Shown here piece after piece: positions 56,353 to 64,000 of a DNA stretch of 64,000 nt (position 1 is the first letter of the stretch; each line of letters opens with the position of its first letter). The notes beneath the pieces are model-generated. The model was not told the DNA's origin. It made no database searches and worked only from the letters and a program-made list of their open reading frames with translations. Source of the DNA: Gemmatimonadota bacterium (GTDB taxonomy: Bacteria > Gemmatimonadota > Gemmatimonadetes > Gemmatimonadales > GWC2-71-9); assembly GCA_003222195.1 (NCBI GenBank), contig QHVB01000033.1, positions 2,808 through 66,807 on the forward strand, written 5' to 3'. The translations under genes were made by a program, and so were the position numbers.

Positions 56353-57332
56353 GGCCGCGCGGCGGCCAGCGGCGAGGCGCTGATCGCGTCGGCGACCCGA
56401 TAGGCGAGAGCCAGCGCCTGCACTCCCGCCGCGCCGGTCACGACGACGTCGCCGTCGCCGCGCACCGCGCGGAGGAAGCTCTCGAGCTCGAGCTTCAGCG
56501 GCTCCGCCTCGGCGGCGTCGAGCCGGATGTGCTCGACGATCTCCTCAATGCGGGTGGCACCGAACCCCTGCCACCCCGACTTGAGCCGGTAGAAGTGGCC
56601 GTTGCCCTGCGCCAGATCGAGCGAGAAGTAGCCGGTCGGCTGGAAGATGCGCAGCTTGCGCGTGCGCTCGCGCGACACGCGGCTCGCCGTGATGATCGCG
56701 ACCGCGCCGTTGGCGAACTCGACCCGGGCATTGGCGATGTCGACATGCGGCGTGAGGATGGGGACGCCCGTGGCGCGCACCTCGGCGACCTCCGACCGCA
56801 CGAGCTCCAGCACCAGATCGAGATCGTGAATCATCAGGTCGAGGATGACGGCCACGTCGGTGCCGCGCGGCTGGAACGGCGCGAGGCGCTCGGATTGCAG
56901 GAAGCGGGGCTCCTCGAGGTACGGCGCGGCGGCCCGGACGGCGCGATTGAAGCGCTCGACGTGGCCCACCTGGAGACAGAGCCCCCGCGCCCGCGCCGTA
57001 TACACGACCTGCTCGGCCCCGGGAAGCGTATCCGCCAGCGGCTTCTCGACGAGGGCATGCAGGCCGCGCTCGAGCACGGGCAGCGCGACCTCGACGTGCG
57101 CCGGCGTCGGAACCACCACGGTGACCGCCTCGACGCGGTCCAGCAGCGCCTCAAGTGAGCCAAAGGCCGTTGTCTCGAGCTCCTTGGCGACTTGCTGGGA
57201 GCGCGTCGGATTGTGGTCATAGAAGCCCACGAGATCCGAGCCGTCGATCTTCTTGAGGAGCCGGATGTGGTGGAAGCCGAGCGCGCCCGCCCCGACCACA
57301 CCTACCCGCACGGGCCGCGGGCGCTGCGTCAC
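56349..57332 (-). CDS. Gfo/Idh/MocA family NAD-dependent oxidoreductase embedded in the lpx operon (GnnA-like candidate)
   Basis: Rossmann N-terminus VGVVGAGALGFHH and an EKPL motif. GTGA overlaps join it to lpxA and lpxB. Confidence 0.85.
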   Translation of the reverse strand: MTQRPRPVRVGVVGAGALGFHHIRLLKKIDGSDLVGFYDHNPTRSQQVAKELETTAFGSLEALLDRVEAVTVVVPTPAHVEVALPVLERGLHALVEKPLADTLPGAEQVVYTARARGLCLQVGHVERFNRAVRAAAPYLEEPRFLQSERLAPFQPRGTDVAVILDLMIHDLDLVLELVRSEVAEVRATGVPILTPHVDIANARVEFANGAVAIITASRVSRERTRKLRIFQPTGYFSLDLAQGNGHFYRLKSGWQGFGATRIEEIVEHIRLDAAEAEPLKLELESFLRAVRGDGDVVVTGAAGVQALALAYRVADAISASPLAAARP

Positions 57333-58096
57333 ACCATTACCCCGCGCTGCGACGCCTCGATGAAGCGCAGGAACGTTTCCACCTCGGGCACCTGGGGCAG
57401 CTCGACCCGGGCGCGCGCGATGCCCTGGCTGACGGTGAGATCCGAGTTGAACACCAGCCGGTAGGCACGCTTCAGCGCCAGCTTCAACTCGGGTGAGAAA
57501 CCGGCGCGCTGCAGGCCGACCGAGTTCAGCCCGTACAGGTGAACGGGATTGCCGGCAGCCTTCGTGTACGGCGGCACGTCCTGATTGACGCGCGAGGCGC
57601 CGCCCACGAAGGCATACGTCCCGATGCGGACGAACTGATGGATCGGGACGAGCCCGCTGATGATGGCGCGATCGTCGACGGTCACGTGGCCCGCCATCTG
57701 CACCGAATTCGCGATGATCACGTCATCGCCGATGACGCAGTCATGCGCGATATGCACGTACGTCATCAGGAAGCAACGTGCCCCCACCGTCGTCTTGCCA
57801 GTCGCGGTGCTGCCGCGGTTGATCGTGCAGTACTCGCGGATGATCGTCCCGTTGCCGATCTCCACCCACGTCTCTTCGCCTTTGTACTTGAGGTCCTGCG
57901 GATCGTTGCCGATCACCGCGCCGTAGCCGATCTTCACGCCGTCACCCACGCGCGTGTTGCGCTCCAGGACGGCGTGCGCCGCGATGCCGCAGCGCTCTCC
58001 CACCGTCACGCGCGGGCCGATCACGCAATACGGCCCGACTGACACGTCGGCGCCGAGCTCCGCGGTGGGATCGATCAGCGCGGTCCGGTGGATCAC
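57329..58096 (-). CDS. lpxA: Acyl-ACP--UDP-N-acetylglucosamine O-acyltransferase
   Basis: GTG 58096 lies in a GTGA overlap. Features are [14 protein letters not shown], hexapeptide repeats, and the C-terminal helical domain (GLNSVGLQRAGFS). Confidence 0.93.
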   Translation of the reverse strand: MIHRTALIDPTAELGADVSVGPYCVIGPRVTVGERCGIAAHAVLERNTRVGDGVKIGYGAVIGNDPQDLKYKGEETWVEIGNGTIIREYCTINRGSTATGKTTVGARCFLMTYVHIAHDCVIGDDVIIANSVQMAGHVTVDDRAIISGLVPIHQFVRIGTYAFVGGASRVNQDVPPYTKAAGNPVHLYGLNSVGLQRAGFSPELKLALKRAYRLVFNSDLTVSQGIARARVELPQVPEVETFLRFIEASQRGVMV

Positions 58097-59385
58097 CGGT
58101 CGACGACCATCGCCATCATCTCCGCTTCGGCTACCACCTGGCCGTCCACGAATCCGGCGCCTTTCATGCGGCACGTCTTGCCACGGAACTGGACCATCTC
58201 GAGCTCGAACCGGATCTGATCACCCGGCACGACCGGCCGCCGGAACTTCACCTTGTCGAGCGACATGAAGTACACGACCTTGTTCGCCGTATCCTGACCT
58301 TCGAAGTGACTCATCAGCAGCATCCCGCCCACCTGCGCCATCGCCTCGATGATCAGCACCCCGGGCATGATCGGATGGCCCGGGAAATGTCCCTGGAAGA
58401 ACGGCTCGTTGATCGTGACATTCTTGATGCCCACGATGCGTTTCTGCCCTTCCACCTCGACGATCCGGTCGACGAGCAGGAACGGATAGCGGTGCGGCAG
58501 GTAGTCCATGATTTTGCTGATGTCCATCGCCGGCATTCCGGTGCGCCTCCCTGCGCGAGCGAGCGCGCGCGCCAGCGCGATGTTACCGCCGTGGCTGGGC
58601 CGCGTCGCCACCACATGAGCCTGAATCCGGGCGCCCGTCAGCGCCAGGTCACCCACGATGTCCGCCGCCTTGTGCCGCACGAATTCGTCCGGCCAGCGCA
58701 ATTTCCCGCCGTTCACCACCCCACGTTCGTCGAGCACGATCGCGTTCCCCGGCGACGCCCCTTTGATCAGTCCGCGCGCCTGCAGCTCGGCCACCTCGTG
58801 CGTGAAGCCGAACGTGCGCGCCGGCGCCAGCTCTGCCGCGAAGTTTGACGGCGTGACTTCGTACGCGCCGGCCTGCCGCCCGATCAACGGGTGCGCCCAC
58901 TCGATCGACACGGTCAGCCGGAACGTCTTGGCCGGCGCGACCACATAGGCCGCATCCTTGTCGGTGACCGTGAACGGTGCGGTGACCGTGAGGACGGCCG
59001 GCTCGCCTCCCACGGACACGGGCTCCGCCTTCGCCAACGCATCGAAGTACGGCTGTACGCTGCCGTCGAGAATGGGCGGCTCGGGACCGGTGAGCTCGAT
59101 CGTCAGGTCATCGATCAGATGCGCCGCGACTGCCGCGAGCAGATGCTCGACGGTATGAATCGTGGCCTCGCCGTGGCCGATCGCGGTGCGACGCTCGACC
59201 GCTTCGACTTCGGTGAGGCGCGCCGGAACCTCGGGCTTGCCGGCGAGATCGGTCCGCCGGAACACGATTCCCTGTCCCGCCGGCGCCGGCAGGAATGTGG
59301 CCTCCGTGGTGGCACCGGTGTGTAGTCCCGTGCCGCGCAGCGAGGTGGCACGGGTGACGGAGCGCCTAGCGCTCTGTGTCGGCAG
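58093..59385 (-). CDS. lpxC: Bifunctional UDP-3-O-acyl-GlcNAc deacetylase / 3-hydroxyacyl-ACP dehydratase (LpxC-FabZ fusion)
   Basis: The LpxC part carries VEHLLAAV and [11 protein letters not shown] motifs; the FabZ part carries [12 protein letters not shown] and [13 protein letters not shown]. The conserved LpxC N-terminus ([10 protein letters not shown]...IVFRRTD) lies upstream of the first canonical start (GTG 59265). The only in-frame near-cognate start after the stop is CTG 59385. Confidence 0.88.
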   Translation of the reverse strand: MPTQSARRSVTRATSLRGTGLHTGATTEATFLPAPAGQGIVFRRTDLAGKPEVPARLTEVEAVERRTAIGHGEATIHTVEHLLAAVAAHLIDDLTIELTGPEPPILDGSVQPYFDALAKAEPVSVGGEPAVLTVTAPFTVTDKDAAYVVAPAKTFRLTVSIEWAHPLIGRQAGAYEVTPSNFAAELAPARTFGFTHEVAELQARGLIKGASPGNAIVLDERGVVNGGKLRWPDEFVRHKAADIVGDLALTGARIQAHVVATRPSHGGNIALARALARAGRRTGMPAMDISKIMDYLPHRYPFLLVDRIVEVEGQKRIVGIKNVTINEPFFQGHFPGHPIMPGVLIIEAMAQVGGMLLMSHFEGQDTANKVVYFMSLDKVKFRRPVVPGDQIRFELEMVQFRGKTCRMKGAGFVDGQVVAEAEMMAMVVDR

Positions 59386-60433
59386 TTGGCGTCCCGGGTT
59401 TGGGGTTCACGAGCTCCTCGAGCTCGTCGACGATCTTCGCGAGCCGGTACATCGCTGCCTGCGCACGCAAGAACTCGCGGTGCGGCCGCGCCGGATAGCC
59501 GAACAGCGTGGCGTCGGGGGGAACATCGGCGATATGCCCGGACTGGACGAGCAGCCGCGCGCGGCGTCCGATCGTGAGATGATCCGAGATGCCCGCCTGA
59601 CCGGCGATGATCACGTCGTCCTCCACGCGCACGCTGCCGGCGATGCCCGCCTGGGCCATGATCAGGCACCGCGCGCCAATCCGCACGTTGTGCGCGATGT
59701 GGACCAGGTTATCGATCTTCGTCCCCGATCCGATCACCGTATCGTCCACGCTGCCGCGATCGACGCAGGTGTTGGCCCCGATCTCGATGTCATCCCCGAT
59801 GAGGCAGCGACCCACGTGCGGAATCTTCCGGTGCTCCTCGCCGTCCTTGCCGGGGATATAGCCGAAGCCGTCGCTCCCCAACACCGCGCCCCCGTGCACG
59901 ATCACGCGTTTGCCGAGCGCCGTCCCGGAATAGAGCGTGACGCCCGGATACAGCTGCGTGTCGTCGCCGACCGCCACGCCGTCGCCCAGCACGCAGCCCG
60001 CGCCGATGCGAACGTTGCGGCCGAGCTGCACTTCCCGCCCCAGGACGGCATGCGGCCCGATCGCGACCGGTTCCTGCCACGTCGCCCGGTGGCCGATGAC
60101 CGCTGTCGGATGGACGCCGGCTTCCCAGACGGCCTGTGGATACAGCACGGGAAGCACGACCAGCAGCGCCGCATACGGATCGGCGACGACGATGCGCGTC
60201 TCGGGACCGCCATTCGTCGATTCCAGCGCCGGCGCGACCAGCACGACCGACGCGCTGGTGCGCTCAAAGTAGGGTGCGTACCGGGGCGAGGCAAGAAAAG
60301 ACAGATCGCCGGGACCCGCGCGCTCGAGCGGCGCGATCCCGGCGACGGTGACGGTGCCTGGCCCCACCAGACGCCCCCCGGTGAGTGCCGCGATTTCACT
60401 CGCGGAGAGCGGCCGCGTTCCCGCCGAATTCAT
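59366..60433 (-). CDS. lpxD: UDP-3-O-(3-hydroxyacyl)glucosamine N-acyltransferase
   Basis: ATG 60433. Shows the N-terminal uridine-binding domain (LSFLASPRY), a long hexapeptide region and a C-terminal helix. Confidence 0.93.
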   Translation of the reverse strand: MNSAGTRPLSASEIAALTGGRLVGPGTVTVAGIAPLERAGPGDLSFLASPRYAPYFERTSASVVLVAPALESTNGGPETRIVVADPYAALLVVLPVLYPQAVWEAGVHPTAVIGHRATWQEPVAIGPHAVLGREVQLGRNVRIGAGCVLGDGVAVGDDTQLYPGVTLYSGTALGKRVIVHGGAVLGSDGFGYIPGKDGEEHRKIPHVGRCLIGDDIEIGANTCVDRGSVDDTVIGSGTKIDNLVHIAHNVRIGARCLIMAQAGIAGSVRVEDDVIIAGQAGISDHLTIGRRARLLVQSGHIADVPPDATLFGYPARPHREFLRAQAAMYRLAKIVDELEELVNPKPGTPTADTER

Positions 60434-60455
60434 CGGGGGACGGACGCGCCGCCGG

Positions 60456-61028
60456 CTACTGCGCCCGCGACAGGCGCTGCAGCACCCGCGTTGTGATGTT
60501 GAGCGCGGGGTCCAGCGCGGCGATGAGTCCTCCCCCCGCGTCCGCATCGAGAATCAGCGAGTAGTTCATCTCCGCGCGGATGCCCTGCAGCACCGAGTTG
60601 ATGCGCGCGCGCAGCGGGCCGAGCAGCTCCTGTTCCCGCTGTTGCAGGCGAGCCTGCAGCTCGTTGCCGCGCTGCTCGATGCGCTGTTGCATCGCCTGGA
60701 GATCCTTCTGTTTCGTCTGACGCGCCGCCGGCGACAGGACAATCGACTGCTGGTCGAACGCCTGCACCGCGGAGTCGAGCTGCTGCTGCAGTTTCTGCAC
60801 TTCACTCTGCGAAGCTTGCAGCTCTTTCCGGTACGTCGATTCGGCCACCGCGTAGCCGGGCGTGTTCCGTAGGATCTCCTGGGAGCTGATGAAGGCGATC
60901 TTGGCGGCGGGCGGCGGTGCGGAGCCCGCGGTCGACGTCGCACCCTGCGCGAGCAACGGACTGCGCGCCGTCACGAGCACGGTGACTGCGGCGACGGCGG
61001 CAAGTGAAACGAGCACGAGACGCTGCAT
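60456..61028 (-). CDS. skp: OmpH/Skp periplasmic chaperone
   Basis: Signal peptide followed by a Q/L-rich coiled-coil body. Canonical position between bamA and lpxD. Confidence 0.8.
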   Translation of the reverse strand: MQRLVLVSLAAVAAVTVLVTARSPLLAQGATSTAGSAPPPAAKIAFISSQEILRNTPGYAVAESTYRKELQASQSEVQKLQQQLDSAVQAFDQQSIVLSPAARQTKQKDLQAMQQRIEQRGNELQARLQQREQELLGPLRARINSVLQGIRAEMNYSLILDADAGGGLIAALDPALNITTRVLQRLSRAQ

Positions 61029-61073
61029 AACGCAAAAACTCCCGATGTAGGGGCGTGGGTGTGGGTATAGGGC

Positions 61074-63503
61074 TTAGAAGAAATTGCCGAGCTTGAAGTG
61101 CAGTTTCCAGCTGGGGGCCGGCCGGCCGAAGATATCGACCTTATCGAAGCCGTAGGCGTAATCGATCCCGAGCGGCCCGAGCGGCGAAATGACCGCGGCG
61201 CCGATACCGGCGCCCCGGAACAGCCGGGTGGGGTTGTACAAGGCGGGCCGCGACCAGACATTCCCGGCGTCGAAGAAGGCGGACAGGTAGAGCATCTGCG
61301 ACACCCGCATCCCGAGCTCGCCCGTCATCGTGAAGAACGCTTTCCCGAAGGCATTGGCGCTCGCGCCGTTGTTGGCCGCGTTCGGATCGTAGCCGAACGG
61401 CGTGATGGAGGCCTCGTCGTACCCGCGCAGCGGAATGAAGAACTGCGTGCCGCCCAGCGTGAACAGCTGCTCGAAGAACGGCGAGTTACCGAACACGAAT
61501 CCCGACCGGGTCGAGAGGCCGAGCACGAACTTCACGTTGGAGCTCGTGGGACTGCCGAGCATGCCGATCGGGGCGTAGAAGTGCCCTTCGGCGTCGACGC
61601 GCTGGAAGTTGCCCGAGCCGCCGAGCAGCCCGCCGCTCTGTGACAACCCGAACTGCACCATCGTGCCGGCGGTCGGGAACGGCAGGTCGATCCGCGTGTC
61701 GCGCAAGAGCGACGCGCCCAATGTCGAGCGGACGCAGTCGTTGCAACGGAACGCGTTCGTGAAGGCGGCATTTGTCGACGATCCGGTGAAGCTCTGCTGA
61801 TCGATCCCGTACGAGAGGAACAGCCGCGTGTAATTGTCGCCGAACACCGGGAACCCCAGCTGCAGGCTCGCGCCGCGCCGCCGCAGCCGCCCCACGTCTG
61901 CGATCACGTACCGCACGGCCTGGTTGTGCAGGTCCACGGTCGCCGAGATGCGCGACTCCCGCAGGGCGGGATCGGTGAACGAGACGTCGAAATCGTTGAT
62001 GTTCTTCCCGAACTGCCACTGGAAGCGGCCGCGCTTGCCCTGCCCGAACAGGTTGGGTTCGTCGAGGCCAAGGAAGCCGCCGACTCCCGTGCCTTGTCCC
62101 ACCGAGGCGCCGAAGTTGATGTTGCCCGTCCGCTTTTCGGACACGCGGAACACGACGTCGATGTCGCCCTGCTCGTTCGCCGGCTTCGTGTCGGGGAACG
62201 GCATGGGTTGATTGAAGAAACCCAGGTTCGACACGCGCTGGTAGGACGCGATCAGCGCGTCCTGCCGGAAGACGTCGCCCGGCACCATCACGATCGCCTC
62301 ACGGATCACGCGGTCGTGCGTGACGTCGTTGCCGCGGATCTCGACGTGGCTGACGATGGCGGGCTGGCCTTCCGTAATGACCCACCGCAGGTCGACGACC
62401 GGTTTGCCGTCGGGGCCGATGCGGCGCAGCTCGTCGTTCCGGACGTTGACGTAGATGTAGCCGTTGTTGTAGTAGAGGGTCTGCAGCTTGCGTGTCGCGT
62501 CCTGCCACAGCTGATCGTCGAAGTAAGTGATGTGGCGCCGCCCGCCGAGACCCAGCATGCCCGTGCGCTGCTCCCCCGCGAACGGGTAGAACGTCTGCAG
62601 CTCGTCGGTCGAGAAGCGCCGGTTGCCGACGATCTCGAACGACCCGATGCGGTACGGCTCGCCCTCGCTGACATGGACGACCAGCGTCGCCTTCCCCGTC
62701 TGTTCGTTCACGACGAGCGTGTCGTCGAGCACCTGAAAGTCGACGAAGCCCTGCTTGCCGTAAAACGCCGGCAACGTCTGCCGGAGATCCTCGGCGATTT
62801 TGTCGTCGTTGTATTCGCCCGACCGGAACCACCAGAACCCTTCCGGCCGCGACTTCATTTGCGCGATGATCAGCTCGTCGGTGAAATGCGTATTGCCCTG
62901 GATGTCCACCTGTGCGATCGCGACCCGGTTGCCTTCGTCGACATCGAAGATCACCCGGACGCCGGTGGAATCCCGCTCGTACACGAACAGCGGCTTCGCG
63001 CGCGCGAGGTAGTACCCTTTCGCGTGATACAGCGAGTCGATGCGCGCGCGGGCGCGCTCCACACTCGCCAGATCGAGCGGCCGCCCCTCGGTGAGCGCCA
63101 CCTTGTCGCGCACGCTGTGCTCCGGCAGCCGTTGCACGCCACGGATCGCCCACTTCACGAGCTGCGGCCGCTCGTGCACGTGGATCACGAGGACGTTCTT
63201 GCCGTCGGGCGTCCGCGACTGCGTCATGGCCACGTCGGCGAACTGCCCGCTGGTGTAGAGCGCCTGGATGGCGCGCTGGATGTCGCGGTAATTGAGCGAG
63301 TGGCCCGGGACGAGCCCGCTGATCTGGATCACCGTGATGGCGTTATTGCGCCGATTCCCCACCACCGCGATCGAATCCGGCGCGGGCGGCGATGCCTGCG
63401 TCGCGCCGGGGGCCCCCACCCCCGCCCCGGCCTGTGCGACGCACAGGCCCGGGGCGACGGCGGCGAGACTCAGAAAGATTGGTAGGGTAAGCCGGCGGAT
63501 CAC
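61074..63503 (-). CDS. bamA: Outer membrane protein assembly factor BamA
   Basis: 809 aa with a signal peptide, five POTRA-like repeats, and a C-terminal beta-barrel ending ...WKLHFKLGNFF (aromatic terminus). Confidence 0.95.
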   Translation of the reverse strand: MIRRLTLPIFLSLAAVAPGLCVAQAGAGVGAPGATQASPPAPDSIAVVGNRRNNAITVIQISGLVPGHSLNYRDIQRAIQALYTSGQFADVAMTQSRTPDGKNVLVIHVHERPQLVKWAIRGVQRLPEHSVRDKVALTEGRPLDLASVERARARIDSLYHAKGYYLARAKPLFVYERDSTGVRVIFDVDEGNRVAIAQVDIQGNTHFTDELIIAQMKSRPEGFWWFRSGEYNDDKIAEDLRQTLPAFYGKQGFVDFQVLDDTLVVNEQTGKATLVVHVSEGEPYRIGSFEIVGNRRFSTDELQTFYPFAGEQRTGMLGLGGRRHITYFDDQLWQDATRKLQTLYYNNGYIYVNVRNDELRRIGPDGKPVVDLRWVITEGQPAIVSHVEIRGNDVTHDRVIREAIVMVPGDVFRQDALIASYQRVSNLGFFNQPMPFPDTKPANEQGDIDVVFRVSEKRTGNINFGASVGQGTGVGGFLGLDEPNLFGQGKRGRFQWQFGKNINDFDVSFTDPALRESRISATVDLHNQAVRYVIADVGRLRRRGASLQLGFPVFGDNYTRLFLSYGIDQQSFTGSSTNAAFTNAFRCNDCVRSTLGASLLRDTRIDLPFPTAGTMVQFGLSQSGGLLGGSGNFQRVDAEGHFYAPIGMLGSPTSSNVKFVLGLSTRSGFVFGNSPFFEQLFTLGGTQFFIPLRGYDEASITPFGYDPNAANNGASANAFGKAFFTMTGELGMRVSQMLYLSAFFDAGNVWSRPALYNPTRLFRGAGIGAAVISPLGPLGIDYAYGFDKVDIFGRPAPSWKLHFKLGNFF

Positions 63504-64000
63504 GCCTTCGAGCCGGAGAGTGCCTTGAACCCCAGGCGCTCCTTGTCGGGAGCGACGTCCACTTCGATTTCGTCGCCCTTTGCGAACTCCCCGACGAGGA
63601 TCTTCTCCGACAGCGGGTCCTCGACGTATTTCTGAATGGCGCGCTTGAGCGGCCGCGCGCCGAAGTGCTCATCGTACCCGTGATCGACCAGGAAGTCGGT
63701 CGCCCCCTGCGTGAGCCGCAACGTGAGCTCTTCTTCGCCCAGGCGCTTCTGCACGTCGCGCGCCAGGATGGCGACGATCAGCGCGATATGCTCGCGGTTC
63801 AGCGAGTGGAACACGATCACGTCGTCCAACCGGTTCAGGAACTCCGGATTGAACACCTTGTTGACCTCTTCCTTCACCTTCTCGGACATGCGTTCGAACT
63901 CGTTCTTTGCGTCGGGCTGCCCGAAGCCGAGCGTCTTGCCCTTCACGACATCACGCGCACCCACGTTCGAGGTCATGATCACGACGGTGTTCTTGAAGTC
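63500..64000 (-). CDS. Clp/Hsp100 family AAA+ ATPase (ClpA/ClpC-like), C-terminal fragment (5' end outside window)
   Basis: Translation shows ...TSNVGA..., FNPEFLNRLDDVIVFHSL and GARPLKRAIQ (sensor-2 / D2-small domain). GTGA overlap with the bamA start. Confidence 0.85.
   Translation of the reverse strand, partial: DFKNTVVIMTSNVGARDVVKGKTLGFGQPDAKNEFERMSEKVKEEVNKVFNPEFLNRLDDVIVFHSLNREHIALIVAILARDVQKRLGEEELTLRLTQGATDFLVDHGYDEHFGARPLKRAIQKYVEDPLSEKILVGEFAKGDEIEVDVAPDKERLGFKALSGSKA

Overview
This is a high-GC (roughly two-thirds G+C by eye) diderm bacterial chromosome segment. The LpxC-FabZ fusion, the repeat families and the codon bias suggest Gemmatimonadota or a related soil phylum, but I cannot confirm that. 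All calls come from reading the six-frame track and the raw sequence; no database search was run.

The window is almost entirely core housekeeping, tightly packed with many 4-nt stop/start overlaps:
- Left arm, mostly + strand: a kdsB-pyrG-kdsA-kdsD-lptC-lptA-lptB-rpoN supercluster. It is followed by a surface-glycosylation accessory block (GtrB-like GT2, an AraC-HTH/beta-propeller protein plus a Big_2/beta-propeller paralog, methyltransferase, LbH acyltransferase, deacetylase-like protein, GT4, UPF0104, YfhO-like protein, Dpm1-like GT2) and then dapF.
- Right arm, entirely - strand: two tRNAs, apt, pcm-surE, gpsA-plsY-der, zwf-pgm-pgl, larC, thrC, uvrC, murJ, bshC, rlmH and gdh. It ends with a full lipid A/OM cluster: clp-bamA-skp-lpxD-lpxC/fabZ-lpxA-oxidoreductase-lpxB-DUF374-lpxK.

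Observations worth a second look:
1. A dif-like XerC/D site sits in an AT-rich gap exactly where gene orientation flips, so this is probably the replication terminus.
2. Several genes have conserved N-termini that can only be reached from CTG or other non-canonical starts. Three of these sit in CTGA overlaps with the upstream stop.
3. An ~85-bp three-hairpin repeat occurs twice, with compensatory stem changes. One copy lies inside the lptC 5' coding region.
4. A second REP-like repeat family is present at two loci.
5. An LptB carries a ~130-aa N-terminal extension and follows an oversized LptA-like protein.
6. A cytoplasmic AraC-HTH::propeller and a secreted Big_2::propeller form an adjacent paralog pair.

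I saw no CRISPR array, rRNA, transposase, prophage or recognisable defence system.
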